Shown piece by piece: positions 21,442 to 32,074 of a stretch of DNA of 61,470 bases. A model generated the notes under the pieces. The model searched no databases and was not told the DNA's origin. It saw only the letters and a list, made by a program, of their open reading frames with translations. Position 1 is the first letter of the stretch. Each line of letters starts with the position of its first letter. Source of the DNA: Caldithrix sp. (GTDB lineage: Bacteria > Zhuqueibacterota > Zhuqueibacteria > Oceanimicrobiales > Oceanimicrobiaceae); the NCBI GenBank assembly GCA_004356825.1, contig SMXC01000166.1, forward strand, positions 1 to 61,470, written 5' to 3'. The position numbers and the translations under genes are program-made.

Positions 21442-22110
21442 TTACGACAAAATATTATCGTTAACAATAAGCCCAAACTGATTATCGAGAAAATGGGCTG
21501 CCCGTTTACAGTAAAGCATTCGATTAAGAAAAATCTCGAAATATTCCATCACTGAGGAAATATCCAAATCAATCGTTAACGACAATGATATTGTTGCGTT
21601 GGCGCTGTCCACCTGCAGTATAGACTTGTTGACGGCATAATTCACCCGGTCATGAATATCAAATTTAATCATGTCGGGGTTTCGCACGCGTGACCGATAA
21701 ACATCTGATTTATCCGCGAGGATCAATCCTGCAGAGATCTTGCTCACCGGCTCCCAGCCATCATCGTCATGGTTACCGATTGCTGCTACAATTACCGTAA
21801 TTTCATCGATATCCATGCCAAGGTCTTTTAGCAAGGTATGCGCCATTACCGCTCCGGTATAAGGATGGTTAAAGCGATTAAAGACATTTCCTACATCATG
21901 AAGATATCCCGCAATAGCAGATAACTCGGCCTCCCGGTGCGGCACACCTAATTTCGTCAACGTCTGATAAGCCCTTTTAGCAACTAAACTACAATGACGT
22001 GGGCCATGTTCAGTATAACCAATAACAGCTAAATTATCATCTGCCCGTTTTATGTATGCATGTACCTGCGGGTCTGATTTAACTTCCTCTAAAGTAACTA
22101 CTCTTGACAT
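21442..22110 (-). CDS. HD-domain phosphohydrolase
   Basis: H...HDVGN motif and a second metal cluster, GNHDDD. 222 aa. Confidence 0.7.
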   Translation of the reverse strand: MSRVVTLEEVKSDPQVHAYIKRADDNLAVIGYTEHGPRHCSLVAKRAYQTLTKLGVPHREAELSAIAGYLHDVGNVFNRFNHPYTGAVMAHTLLKDLGMDIDEITVIVAAIGNHDDDGWEPVSKISAGLILADKSDVYRSRVRNPDMIKFDIHDRVNYAVNKSILQVDSANATISLSLTIDLDISSVMEYFEIFLNRMLYCKRAAHFLDNQFGLIVNDNILS

Positions 22111-22122
22111 TTTTTTACCACC

Positions 22123-22752
22123 CTAATTACCTTGAATTAAGAAAGGATTGGTTTCTTTTTCTTTTTTGATGGTTGTTGCCGGGCCATGGCCTGAATAAAT
22201 CACAATATCATCACCCAATGGAAACAGTTTGGTCTTAATCGACTGGATTAAAAGAGCAAAGTCGCCGCCCGGCAAGTCTGTTCTTCCAATGGATCCGGAG
22301 AAAAGTACATCGCCCACAAAAGCGGCTTCCCGGGTTACAAAGGAAACGTTGCCGGGAGAATGTCCTGGCGTGTGAAGAACTCTGAAAATTATATCGCCAA
22401 ACTGAATGGTGTCTCCTTCTGCAATATATTTATCAATCTTCGGAATAGCGGAAACCGTCATGCCAAATGCAGAGGCCTGCATAGGCAAGCCATCTAGCAA
22501 AAATTGATCGTCCCGATGCATCAGAACCGGAACATCGATTTCATTTTTAAGTGTGCTCAATTCTTTAACATGATCCAGGTGAGCATGCGTAATCAAAATA
22601 TATTTAATCTCAAGTTTCAGGGTTGCCACTTTTTCCAGAATTCTATCAATCTCGTCGCCCGGATCAATAATCACGCCTTCATTAGTCGCCTCGCAACCGA
22701 CGACATAACAATTTTCTGCAAACGGACCTACTTCAAGAGTTTCAATAAACAT
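22123..22752 (-). CDS. Metallo-beta-lactamase fold hydrolase (glyoxalase II / YcbL-like)
   Basis: ITHAHLDHV (HxHxDH), HTPGHSPG and GDVLFSGSIGRTD. Confidence 0.85.
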   Translation of the reverse strand: MFIETLEVGPFAENCYVVGCEATNEGVIIDPGDEIDRILEKVATLKLEIKYILITHAHLDHVKELSTLKNEIDVPVLMHRDDQFLLDGLPMQASAFGMTVSAIPKIDKYIAEGDTIQFGDIIFRVLHTPGHSPGNVSFVTREAAFVGDVLFSGSIGRTDLPGGDFALLIQSIKTKLFPLGDDIVIYSGHGPATTIKKEKETNPFLIQGN

Positions 22753-22764
22753 AACTTATTTTCG

Positions 22765-23598
22765 TTATTGCCGGGCCGCTAATTCTTTTAAATTTTGGAC
22801 AACTTCATCTGGCACTTTGTACTTGCCGAGAGCTTCTTCGCCTTTCGTCCCCCCGTGAAAATCTGAGCCGCCAGTTGTGAGTACACCGTTGTTTTCCGCC
22901 AACTGCTTTAATTGGCTTGTTTTTTCTTTATTATGTTTTGGGTGTACAACTTCAATCGCGTCGACACCTTCTTTAATTAAGGTCAACAAATCATCATTCG
23001 AAAGTTCTAACCCGGGATGAGCGATTGAACAAACCCCACCTGCGGCTTTTACCAACTGAAGCACAGCCTGAATGTCAATTTTTAACTTGCCTACATGAGC
23101 GGGTTTTCCGTTCCCGATATATTTATTAAAAGCCTCTTGAAACGAGTAGACATACCCATCATCTAAAAGAACATTGGCGATGTGGGGACGCCCAACCGAA
23201 CCATGCCCCGCTTTGCGCATGACCGCCTCGAACGAAATCGGCATGCCAAGCCGGGTTAAACTTGCGACCATTTTTTCGGCACGCTGAATTCTTTCTTTCT
23301 TGAAAAGATTTAAATGCTCAACCAATTCGGGATTTTTATGATCGAAGCAATACCCCAGAACATGTAGATCGAACTGTTTATAGCTTACGCTGAGCTCCAC
23401 GCCAGGAATAACTTCCACACCCATCGTTTTTCCATATTCGATTGCTTCATCAAGGGCGCCAATTTCATCATGATCAACAATCGAGACCGTTTTTAAACCA
23501 TGTGCCACAGTTTTATCAATTAATTCTGTTGCACAATAGTAGCCGTCTGAGTGATTTGTATGAAGGTGTAAATCTGCATAGCCATTTGCCTGAATCAT
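22765..23598 (-). CDS. PHP-domain phosphoesterase (TrpH/YciV-like)
   Basis: DLHLHTNHSDG N-terminal PHP motif, IAHP and GGSDFHG. Confidence 0.85.
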   Translation of the reverse strand: MIQANGYADLHLHTNHSDGYYCATELIDKTVAHGLKTVSIVDHDEIGALDEAIEYGKTMGVEVIPGVELSVSYKQFDLHVLGYCFDHKNPELVEHLNLFKKERIQRAEKMVASLTRLGMPISFEAVMRKAGHGSVGRPHIANVLLDDGYVYSFQEAFNKYIGNGKPAHVGKLKIDIQAVLQLVKAAGGVCSIAHPGLELSNDDLLTLIKEGVDAIEVVHPKHNKEKTSQLKQLAENNGVLTTGGSDFHGGTKGEEALGKYKVPDEVVQNLKELAARQ

Positions 23599-23622
23599 TA
23601 TTTTAGAACTTTCCTGTGAAAG

Positions 23623-24177
23623 TTAAATTTTCGGCAGGGTAACTCCGGTCTGCCCTTGATACTTCCCTTTTTTCTCAGCATATGAAGTTAAACATTCCTC
23701 ATCGCTTTCAAAAAATAAAATCTGTGCAATCCCTTCGCCGGAATAAATTTTAGCCGGCAGTGGAGTCGTATTAGATACTTCGAGTGTGATGTAGCCTTCC
23801 CATCCCGGTTCAAGAGGTGTAACATTTGTAATAATTCCACAGCGCGCATAAGTGGACTTGCCAACACAAATCGTCATGGTCTTTCTCGGAATCTTAAAAT
23901 ATTCAATGGTTCTACCTAAAGCGAACGAATTAGGTGGAACAATGCAAACTTCACCTTTAAAATCCACAAAGGACTTTGGATCGAAATGCTTGGGGTCAAC
24001 AATTGTAGAATTAATATTGGTAAAAATTTTATATTCATCTGCAATGCGAACATCATATCCATACGAGGAAACACCATAAGAAATGACATTTTCACGAACC
24101 TGATTTTCGATAAAAGGGACAATCATATCCTCTTCCAAAGCCATTTTTCGAATCCACTTGTCGGGCTTAATCGCCAT
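23623..24177 (-). CDS. dcd: dCTP deaminase
   Basis: 184 aa. [13 protein letters not shown] and the C-terminal dUTPase-like fold match the canonical housekeeping size. Confidence 0.9.
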   Translation of the reverse strand: MAIKPDKWIRKMALEEDMIVPFIENQVRENVISYGVSSYGYDVRIADEYKIFTNINSTIVDPKHFDPKSFVDFKGEVCIVPPNSFALGRTIEYFKIPRKTMTICVGKSTYARCGIITNVTPLEPGWEGYITLEVSNTTPLPAKIYSGEGIAQILFFESDEECLTSYAEKKGKYQGQTGVTLPKI

Positions 24178-24241
24178 TTTTCCCTCCCGGGTGATTTATA
24201 TACTTTCGACTAATTTAAAGTATTCCTTTATTTTATTATCT

Positions 24242-24997
24242 TTAAGCAACTTCTTGTTTTTTGTGAACTGCTGCCGAAATAAGAATACTGATTTCGTAAA
24301 GTAGAATCAAGGGGCCAGCTAAAAGCAACTGGGTGAAGACATCGGGTGGTGTTACAATTGCTGACAAAATAACCATGCCTACAATTCCGTGCCTGCGATA
24401 ATGGCGCATGAAGGCAGGAGTCAAAAATCCGATTTTGGTTAAAAAAAATGCCAACATAGGAAGTTCAAAAATAAAACCAAAAACCAATATCAACATGGTA
24501 ATGAATCCTAAATACTCATTGACAGAAATCGTAGCCACCAGATCCTCCGTCTCGAAACTTAACAAGAACCGCAGTCCAAATCTCAATACTACGAAGTAGC
24601 AAAAAAACGCACCGGTTAAAAAACACAGAGTTGAAAAAAAAGCGACTACCGGGACGAGTTTTTTTTCTTTCCCTAATAGACCGGGTACAACGAACTGCCA
24701 AATTTGGTAGAAGATAACAGGCAGACCGAGAAAAATTGCTGAAAAAATTGAAATTTTTATCCGAATCATGAAGCCGCCGGTAGGTGACAAAAAAATCAAC
24801 TTCTGAGCGGCACCAGACTCTCCCTGGGGTGCTGCATCATTATAAGGTGCAATCAAAAACGCCAGCACCTGCTCTGAAAAAAAATAGACACCGATTGCGC
24901 AGACAATAACGGTAACAATCGACTTAATCAATCGCCACCTAAGTTCCTCAAGATGGTCAAGAAACGGCATTTCTTTTTCTTTTGATTTCTCGGTCAT
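24242..24997 (-). CDS. tatC: Twin-arginine translocase subunit TatC
   Basis: MPFLDHLEELRWRLIKS motif with six hydrophobic segments. Confidence 0.9.
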   Translation of the reverse strand: MTEKSKEKEMPFLDHLEELRWRLIKSIVTVIVCAIGVYFFSEQVLAFLIAPYNDAAPQGESGAAQKLIFLSPTGGFMIRIKISIFSAIFLGLPVIFYQIWQFVVPGLLGKEKKLVPVVAFFSTLCFLTGAFFCYFVVLRFGLRFLLSFETEDLVATISVNEYLGFITMLILVFGFIFELPMLAFFLTKIGFLTPAFMRHYRRHGIVGMVILSAIVTPPDVFTQLLLAGPLILLYEISILISAAVHKKQEVA

Positions 24998-25094
24998 TTA
25001 AATTAACAGATGAATTAAACATAAAAAAACAGATAGCAACACCACTGGCTAAGCTGGCATCGAAACTATCTGCTCTACAAACGTCCAATGTCCC

Positions 25095-25562
25095 TTATTG
25101 AGTATCTTTTTTCGGGTTCTTAAGTTCCTCAAGTTCACTTAGAAATTCTTCTTTGGCCTGAAAGTTCCGGTACACGGAAGCAAATCGAACGTAGGCCACT
25201 TCATCCAGCTCCCGCAAGTAATTTATGATCAGCTCACCAACCTCTCGAGACTGAATCTCATCGTGCGATTTATCCCGAAGCTCGTTTTCTATTTTAGTTA
25301 CGATTTCATCAAGTGTTGACGTTGAGATCGGGCGTTTGGTGCAGGCAATTTGCAGGCTGCGTTTCAGCTTCTCCTGGTCATAAACCTCACGCCGACCATC
25401 AGATTTAACCACCATGATTGGAGACTCTTCCACGTTTTCTTTTGTCGTGAACCGGCGAGTGCATTCCAAACATTCCCTCCTTCTTCTAACAACACGTCCT
25501 TCATTACTGGCACGTGAATCGATAACTTTACTATCTTCATATTTACAGTATGGGCATCTCAT
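25095..25562 (-). CDS. nrdR: Transcriptional repressor NrdR
   Basis: MRCPYC...CLEC zinc ribbon plus an ATP-cone. 155 aa. Confidence 0.95.
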   Translation of the reverse strand: MRCPYCKYEDSKVIDSRASNEGRVVRRRRECLECTRRFTTKENVEESPIMVVKSDGRREVYDQEKLKRSLQIACTKRPISTSTLDEIVTKIENELRDKSHDEIQSREVGELIINYLRELDEVAYVRFASVYRNFQAKEEFLSELEELKNPKKDTQ

Positions 25563-25564
25563 GT

Positions 25565-26860
25565 CTATTCATCCGCAATTGGGTAAAGTGGAAAACGTAA
25601 ACATAAATCAGCAACCTGATCTCTGACCGCTTTCTGAATTTTAGTATTATCAATATCAGATAAAACTTTATCTATCAAAAACGCAATTTCCTCCATTGCA
25701 TCTTCTTTCATTCCGCGGGTCGTCAACGCCGGCGTTCCGATTCTAATTCCGCTGGTAACCAAAGGGCTTTGGGTGTCAAATGGAACCATGTTTTTATTGA
25801 CTGTGATCCAAGCCGTTTCCAGGACTTCCTCGGCCTGTTTACCGGTAAGATCCTTGTTTCGTAAATCGACTAACATAACATGTGTATCGGTACCGCCCGA
25901 AACAATGTTATATCCTAAGTCCACAAGCTTATTTGACAAAGCTTTGGCATTTCGAATGATCTGCTGGGCATAATCCTTAAAACTGGATTCCAAGACCTCT
26001 TTAAAGGCAACCGCTTTTGCAGCGATAATATGCATCAGCGGTCCCCCCTGAAACCCTGGAAAAACATTCGAATCGACGACTTCCGACCAGAGTTTAACAC
26101 GGCCTTTCGGAGTTTTGATATCGAGATCATTTTCGCCATTTTTACCAATTAAAATCATGCCGCCTCGCGGTCCTCTCAGGGTCTTATGTGTCGTCGTAGT
26201 TACAATATGGCAATGTCCTACGGGGCTTGGGATTAGTCCCGCGGCTATCAAACCGGCGGGATGTGCCATATCCGCTATCAGGTAGGCACCAACCCTATCA
26301 GCGACTTCTCGGAACCCCTTGTAGTCAATCTCACGACTATAAGCGCTTGCGCCGGCAATGATTAGTTTTGGCTTTTCCTTTTCCGCAACCGCAGCAACCC
26401 CTTCCAGATCGATATAACCGGTTTTCTCATTTACGCCGTACGAAACAACCTTAAAAATCCTACCGGAAAAATTAACCGGACTGCCATGGGTAAGGTGCCC
26501 TCCGTGAGCTAAATTCATGCCCAGAATTTTATCGCCTGGGTTTAGAATGGAAAAATAAGCAGCAATATTTGCTTGTGAGCCTGAATGAGGCTGGACGTTA
26601 GCGTAATCAGCATTAAAAATCTTCTTAGCTCGCTCTCTGGCGAGATCTTCTGCCACATCAACAAATTCGCAGCCCCCATAGTATCGCTTTTGAGGATAAC
26701 CCTCTGCGTATTTGTTGGTCATTACTTGACCGGCTGCTTGCAAGACTGCCAGGCTAACGAAGTTTTCTGAAGCAATTAATTCGAGTTTGTTGTTTTGACG
26801 CTTGGTTTCATCTAGAATCGCTTTATATAATTCCGGATCTGCCTGTTTTAAGTGATCCAA
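25565..26860 (-). CDS. glyA: Serine hydroxymethyltransferase
   Basis: LELIASENF, and [14 protein letters not shown] containing the PLP-binding lysine. The TTG start lies 7 nt after GAGGA. Confidence 0.97.
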   Translation of the reverse strand: MDHLKQADPELYKAILDETKRQNNKLELIASENFVSLAVLQAAGQVMTNKYAEGYPQKRYYGGCEFVDVAEDLARERAKKIFNADYANVQPHSGSQANIAAYFSILNPGDKILGMNLAHGGHLTHGSPVNFSGRIFKVVSYGVNEKTGYIDLEGVAAVAEKEKPKLIIAGASAYSREIDYKGFREVADRVGAYLIADMAHPAGLIAAGLIPSPVGHCHIVTTTTHKTLRGPRGGMILIGKNGENDLDIKTPKGRVKLWSEVVDSNVFPGFQGGPLMHIIAAKAVAFKEVLESSFKDYAQQIIRNAKALSNKLVDLGYNIVSGGTDTHVMLVDLRNKDLTGKQAEEVLETAWITVNKNMVPFDTQSPLVTSGIRIGTPALTTRGMKEDAMEEIAFLIDKVLSDIDNTKIQKAVRDQVADLCLRFPLYPIADE

Positions 26861-26919
26861 ATTCTAGTCCTCACGTATTTCATTCGATGCACTGAATAAT
26901 AAAAGTTTAAAAACGAGTT

Positions 26920-28194
26920 CTAATAAATCCATTTATAACATTCACCGGTTGCTTTTTCCTGATTTTTATGCATAAATCGATCTTCCTGGGTAGGTAAAAC
27001 TCCTTGCAGAAAACTCAAGTGTCTCTCAGCATCCTGTCTAAACTCAAGGTCAGCTAAAGCTTTTTTATATTGAACAGAAGCAAGTTCATAAACTAACTTA
27101 TCATTGAAGCCTACTTTGCTGTCCTTCTGGTTGATACAACGTTCAGCGGAAGCTTCATAAGCCTCACCCAACGCTATCCAACCCATGCCGTAGGCTTTAT
27201 CAATAGCCAAGACTTTCCTGGCATAGGAGCGAGCGCGGACAAATCTGCCCAAATCTTTATAGCAACGGCTAATCTCGGCCATAACTTTTTTGTTCTCCGG
27301 TTGAACTTGCAGAATGGCCTTAAACTGCGTTATCGCATTATTTGATTTATCTAAGCGTCTATAAGCATTTCCAACGTACTGCATTGCGGCAATATCGTTA
27401 GGGACTCCGCTCAAAAATTCCTGGAAGCGTTCAATCGACTTTTCAAAGTCTTCAACTTGCTCAAAATACAACCTGCCAAGATCAAAGCGCACCTGGCTAT
27501 TTTGAGGATCTAGTTCTCTTATCTTTTCTTTTTCAGCGATGAGAGCCTCTATATCGCCACTCCTGCCAATCAAGGCAGTTTTCTTTTGTAGAGCATCCAT
27601 ATTGTCAGGTTCGAGGGCGAGGATTTTGTCATAAGCAGCAATCGCATCTTCATCCTGTTCTAATTTTACATAAAGTGAAGCTAGCTGATTCCAATCATCA
27701 ACAGACTCAGGAGCTTGTTCCACAACTTTTTGATATCGCGCAACGGCTTCTTCGGTGAGCCCGCGGTTTGACAAAAGGTAGCCAACCATTCGATGTAAAT
27801 AAGTATATTCCGGATACTTTTCGGTACCTAACTCAAAAATGACCTGGGCGCTATCCGGATCACCGCCTTTCAAATAACTGTTGCCTAAATACCGATAGGT
27901 TTTTGCCCCGAACTTATTTATCGTGTCAAGTTTAGCCACATTCCAAAAATGCTTTTTTGAGCTATCGTATTGTTTGTTCTTATAATTCTCGTATCCGAAA
28001 CTCCAATTTTTCAATAATTCAAATTCGTATTTCTTTCTTGCAGCTTCAACGTCAACTTCGCTGTTATTTTTTCCCTTCTTTTTCTTCCTTTGAGCAAAAG
28101 AATTTTCCACAGTGGCAGTAGCCGCAAATCCTAAAATCAAAATCAACCCAACACAGTTTATTAATTTATTGGTCATTAAAGTTTCTTTTCGCAC
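26920..28194 (-). CDS. Exported TPR-repeat protein
   Basis: Signal peptide (...ATATVENSFAQ), a K-rich linker and multiple TPR-like repeats. The GTG start lies 7 nt after GGAGGT. Confidence 0.75.
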   Translation of the reverse strand: MRKETLMTNKLINCVGLILILGFAATATVENSFAQRKKKKGKNNSEVDVEAARKKYEFELLKNWSFGYENYKNKQYDSSKKHFWNVAKLDTINKFGAKTYRYLGNSYLKGGDPDSAQVIFELGTEKYPEYTYLHRMVGYLLSNRGLTEEAVARYQKVVEQAPESVDDWNQLASLYVKLEQDEDAIAAYDKILALEPDNMDALQKKTALIGRSGDIEALIAEKEKIRELDPQNSQVRFDLGRLYFEQVEDFEKSIERFQEFLSGVPNDIAAMQYVGNAYRRLDKSNNAITQFKAILQVQPENKKVMAEISRCYKDLGRFVRARSYARKVLAIDKAYGMGWIALGEAYEASAERCINQKDSKVGFNDKLVYELASVQYKKALADLEFRQDAERHLSFLQGVLPTQEDRFMHKNQEKATGECYKWIY

Positions 28195-28332
28195 TTTCGC
28201 TACCTCCGCATATTTTTTAATTTCAAACTCTTATAAAAAGAAGAAATGGTTGAACAAGAGTAGAGTTAACAACTTAAGCAAAAAACTTTAAGAAAAAATT
28301 ACTTAAAATGCAAGTGAATTGTTACAATTAAT

Positions 28333-29553
28333 TTATCGCCGGCGCAGAAACCATCTTTCGCCGATAGTAATGCTGCCGGTGAACCGAATTACATTTTCAC
28401 GAAATGGATTCTTTGAAGAGGAACCTCGTCGGCCGGCTTCTAACGCGAGATCTAAACGACCCGCACGCCATTTTATCGGCACGCCTAAACCGAATGTGCC
28501 AAAAATTTCAGATACCTTCTCACCAATCGGATCTTCCAATCCCAGGTTTTTATAATAGATACCTGCTCTCACCGCCATCCTGCTAAAGTATGAATCTCGA
28601 AAAGACCCCTTTCCCGAAAACTCTAATCCAAGTGCGAATCTTTGACTATCATGGTTAAAACCATCTTTACCGACTTCACTCCATTGCTGCCTATAATAAT
28701 CAATACCGACCGACAATTTTCGTCCTACAGCAAATGATGTACCAATTCCGAACGCCAATGGAAGTTCAATAGCAGTAGAAGATATATTGGAAAATTCCGT
28801 AATATTAAGATTGAGGGTGTTATCTGAATTCAAAGTTACCCGCGGCGTAAGAACACCGGCGATATTCCAATTTGACAAAATTTTGAAGATAACTCCAAAT
28901 CTCAGATTTACTCCGGTAACACTCCGGCTTAGTTCAATCTGAGTATCTCTTAAGTCGGGGGATGCAAAATCGATTCTCTGAATATTTTTCAGAAGCCCAA
29001 AATAAAAAAGTGTGGTGGCACCGATGTAGAGCCTATCAAAGGGCTTGATAGATAGGCTGAGAAATCCGGTATTCACACCGCCATCATAAGAAACAGTCTC
29101 TAAAAGCGGTTTTTCCTCCGTTGATGCTTCATCAGAAGTAAATGATACTTCAACAGTGCTATATGGGCTGAGTCCAATTGCCAAGGCAACTCTATTTTGT
29201 TTAAGCGGGATGACAAATTGAACCCCGGAAACATTGGAATCTGTGATTGAAGCCTCCTGAGAAGCACTTTTCAAATTCGCCGATGAGTGCCTGAAATTAG
29301 CTGAAATAGTTGTAAAAGACAACGCGCTCAAGCTTGCGGGGTTTAAAAAACTTACGGTTAGATTATCGGTCAACGCCAGCCCAACACCAGCCATCCCAGC
29401 GCTCCGCCCACTAACAAAATAACGCACAAGGCCAATTCCTCTTGAAGAATAGAATGACTGCGCCTCAAGAGAATTAAAAACCGCACCAAATATTAACAGT
29501 ATTAATACGAGTACTTTTAGGATATTTTTTTTGCTGATCATTAATTTTCTCAT
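28333..29553 (-). CDS. Outer-membrane beta-barrel protein, FadL/PorV/PorQ-like
   Basis: Signal peptide (LVLILLIFGAVFNSLEAQ), an N-proximal SAGMAGVGLALTD...NPASLS motif, and an alternating amphipathic pattern throughout. The family call is by recall only. Confidence 0.5.
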   Translation of the reverse strand: MRKLMISKKNILKVLVLILLIFGAVFNSLEAQSFYSSRGIGLVRYFVSGRSAGMAGVGLALTDNLTVSFLNPASLSALSFTTISANFRHSSANLKSASQEASITDSNVSGVQFVIPLKQNRVALAIGLSPYSTVEVSFTSDEASTEEKPLLETVSYDGGVNTGFLSLSIKPFDRLYIGATTLFYFGLLKNIQRIDFASPDLRDTQIELSRSVTGVNLRFGVIFKILSNWNIAGVLTPRVTLNSDNTLNLNITEFSNISSTAIELPLAFGIGTSFAVGRKLSVGIDYYRQQWSEVGKDGFNHDSQRFALGLEFSGKGSFRDSYFSRMAVRAGIYYKNLGLEDPIGEKVSEIFGTFGLGVPIKWRAGRLDLALEAGRRGSSSKNPFRENVIRFTGSITIGERWFLRRR

Positions 29554-29555
29554 TT

Positions 29556-30809
29556 TTATGGGATTACCGGGGACGTTGTGAAATCAATTTCTAATCTCGC
29601 ACTTTTGGCGGAGTCCAATGCTGCAGACAGAAACGCAACCCTGGCTACGTCCAGACCGGGAGTTGCCGTCCTGATTAAAAGGCCGTTATTATCAATTCGA
29701 TTATTAACCCACAATTGGATAATATTAGTTATTGGGATGGTGATAGTGGTCTCACCTCGGTTTATAAGGGGTATCACTTGCGGGTCAACTGCGATTGTGC
29801 CAAGGCTAAGCGTTTCGGGTGATTCAAACGGTGAATCCAAACTAATCATTTGAAGCACGAACGGATCGTTGCCAAGGACTGAATTCTCAACATCCAAGCT
29901 AAGTGTTAAATCAGCCCTATTGATAGTCGATAAACTGTCAATCCCGGACAAATCAAATTTAACCACGGTTTGTCGACTAAATACGTTATCAACATACAAT
30001 CGCCCGGCTGGCGGCTCTATCGAACTGCTGAACAAATAGGCATCAGCACTGACGGGTATAAATATAGTATCTTTCTCAGTACCGTCAAGAACTTCAAGGT
30101 CCAAGGTTGGCATAGGCTGCCGGTTTGGGTCATCCTTTGAAAAGAACTCTTTAATGAAAAGACTTTGCGGACCGAAGTTAAGGAAAAAACCAAAATTATC
30201 TGCGGTAGTATCTACCCAGCTCTTGACTAGATCAACGCCTTCAGAGTTTAAAGGAAATCGAACAGTTTCAATCCTGGTCAAATTGGAATCGAGGGCAGTG
30301 CCTGCAAGGGACAGGATTTCAGCACTCGCTATTGCGTTGGCGTCGAAAGATCTGGCAAAATTATCGTCCGTAACCTTCTCCTCCTGCCAATCTTCTCGCA
30401 CTGCATGGATACTCGCCATAAAGGAAGATTTATTTCGGTTATCCCCAAAGAGCTCCCTCGTTCGAATCGAAATGGTTGCATTTGTTATCGTGACTGTGTC
30501 GGGTATGTTTTCAAATTTAAGCAAAATATTGGTCTCGATATTCTTAAAAACGCCAAGGAGCAGCAAGGGTGCTCTGCCGGTAGCAACCAGAGTGTCTGAA
30601 AAAGACTCTTCGATTTCCAATGTGGTTATTAGCTTATTGCCAACGATTCCTCTGTCGTCTGGATCGAATCCAGCCTCTTCGCCAAAACCCTGGATCGATT
30701 TATCACTGCCACAACTCATCGAGCAGATTAGGCAAAAATACATAATGAACCCGCTGCTTTTTTTGTTTAACTTAAATGTCCTAAATCTATTCAAAAAACC
30801 GCTTTCCAT
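29556..30809 (-). CDS. Putative lipoprotein with two DNRLRE-like modules
   Basis: The N-terminus has a basic n-region plus FIMYFCLICSMSCGS (lipobox-like). Two internally similar modules are visible (ILLKFENIPDTVTITNATISI...SWVD..NFGFFLNF and VVKFDLSGIDSLSTINRADLTLSL...LWVNNRIDNNGLLI). The ATG lies 5 nt after GAGGA. Confidence 0.5.
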   Translation of the reverse strand: MESGFLNRFRTFKLNKKSSGFIMYFCLICSMSCGSDKSIQGFGEEAGFDPDDRGIVGNKLITTLEIEESFSDTLVATGRAPLLLLGVFKNIETNILLKFENIPDTVTITNATISIRTRELFGDNRNKSSFMASIHAVREDWQEEKVTDDNFARSFDANAIASAEILSLAGTALDSNLTRIETVRFPLNSEGVDLVKSWVDTTADNFGFFLNFGPQSLFIKEFFSKDDPNRQPMPTLDLEVLDGTEKDTIFIPVSADAYLFSSSIEPPAGRLYVDNVFSRQTVVKFDLSGIDSLSTINRADLTLSLDVENSVLGNDPFVLQMISLDSPFESPETLSLGTIAVDPQVIPLINRGETTITIPITNIIQLWVNNRIDNNGLLIRTATPGLDVARVAFLSAALDSAKSARLEIDFTTSPVIP

Positions 30810-30826
30810 TAATATCCTCGAATTAT

Positions 30827-32071
30827 TCAGCTTTCATAAACTATTTTGCCGGATTTCACAACAGTCTTAATTAAGTTTACACCAAAGTGGTAAGGTATAT
30901 AGCTCAGGTTTGGAACATCCCATGTCACCAAATCAGCTTTTTTTCCTACTTCCAAAGACCCGAATAAGTTCCCGCGATCAATAGCCAAAGCAGCATGGTA
31001 AGTGGCTGCGGTGAGTGCTTCAGCGGGTTTGAGTTTTAGTTTTAAACAAGCCAAAGTTAATATAAAGGGCATCGATTCGCTCATGCATGTGCCCGGGTTA
31101 AAATCCGTAGCAATTGCAATTGGCAGCCCGACCTCATGCATTCTGGTGGCTTGGGCATATTTTTCTTTTCCCAAAAAGAAAACAGCGCCTGGCAACAAGA
31201 CCGGCACAACTCTACTATTGACCATTTTCTCCCAGTCATTTTCGTCTGTGTATTCCAGATGATCAGCTGAAGTTGCACCTAATTCTGCAGCCAGGGCGGT
31301 ACCACCGTTTCTGGTAAGCTGGTCCGCGTGTATTTTTAGTTTGAATCCCGCGTCTTTAGCAGCGCTTAAAATTTTTCTGCAATCCTTCACCGAGAAAACA
31401 TGAGACTCGCAGAAAATATCACAGAACTCAGCTAAATTTCTTTCTTTAACTTCGGGCATCATTTCATTGATGACCAGATCAATGTAGCCATCGTTGTTAT
31501 CGCGATATTCGTCCGGAATTTCATGCGCTCCTAAAAAAGTTGGCACCAAGTCCAGCGGGTGTCGCTGGTTTAATTCATTAATAACTTCAAGTGACTTGAT
31601 TTCATCTTCGCATGTCAGACCATAGCCGCTTTTTGCCTCAATTGTTGTGGTGCCGTATTCGATGAATCTATCCAAACGGGGTAAGATTCTCTCAACCAAC
31701 TCCTCCTTGGAAGTATTCCGAAGACTACGCACACTCGACCGAATCCCCCCACCTGCCAAAGCGATCTCTTCATAGCTTTTCCCAGCTATACGCATTTCAA
31801 ACTCATTTTCCCGCGTGTCTCCAAAAATCGGATGGGTATGGCTATCGACGAAACCGGGTGTAACAATTTTTCCAGTTGCTTCGATTATTTCTGCTCCCTG
31901 CACCGTTTCGACTTTATCGAGTTCTGCTGTTTTGCCGACAAAAACAATTTCACCTTCAAAGGCTGCTAAAGCCCCATCTGTGATTGTCTCAAAGGAGGCT
32001 GGCTTAAATTCTCCGCTTCCAAGCGGAGTGACAATTTCAGCGCAGTTCTTTATAATGAAGTCGGCTCGCAA
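30827..32071 (-). CDS. hutI: Imidazolonepropionase
   Basis: GFVDSHTHPIFGDTRENEF, GGGI and the HADQL amidohydrolase ligands. TTG start 3 nt after the hutU stop. Confidence 0.9.
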   Translation of the reverse strand: MRADFIIKNCAEIVTPLGSGEFKPASFETITDGALAAFEGEIVFVGKTAELDKVETVQGAEIIEATGKIVTPGFVDSHTHPIFGDTRENEFEMRIAGKSYEEIALAGGGIRSSVRSLRNTSKEELVERILPRLDRFIEYGTTTIEAKSGYGLTCEDEIKSLEVINELNQRHPLDLVPTFLGAHEIPDEYRDNNDGYIDLVINEMMPEVKERNLAEFCDIFCESHVFSVKDCRKILSAAKDAGFKLKIHADQLTRNGGTALAAELGATSADHLEYTDENDWEKMVNSRVVPVLLPGAVFFLGKEKYAQATRMHEVGLPIAIATDFNPGTCMSESMPFILTLACLKLKLKPAEALTAATYHAALAIDRGNLFGSLEVGKKADLVTWDVPNLSYIPYHFGVNLIKTVVKSGKIVYES

Positions 32072-32074
32072 TTT

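Noticed and set aside
23623-24177. dCTP deaminase as a possible anti-phage nucleotide-depletion gene
   Set aside because: It has the canonical 184-aa housekeeping Dcd architecture without the extra N-terminal domain of defence-type deaminases, and it lies in a core-gene context.
25023-25072. Possible terminator after nrdR (7-bp stem cagatag/ctatctg plus T7)
   Set aside because: The 29-nt loop has no clear internal pairing, which is too weak to call.
30154-30870. 238-aa plus-strand ORF spanning the lipoprotein gene and the hutI 3' end
   Set aside because: It is antisense to a gene that has a good Shine-Dalgarno sequence and signal peptide. Its composition is low-complexity Ser/Leu-rich, it has no Shine-Dalgarno sequence, and it crosses an intergenic junction.
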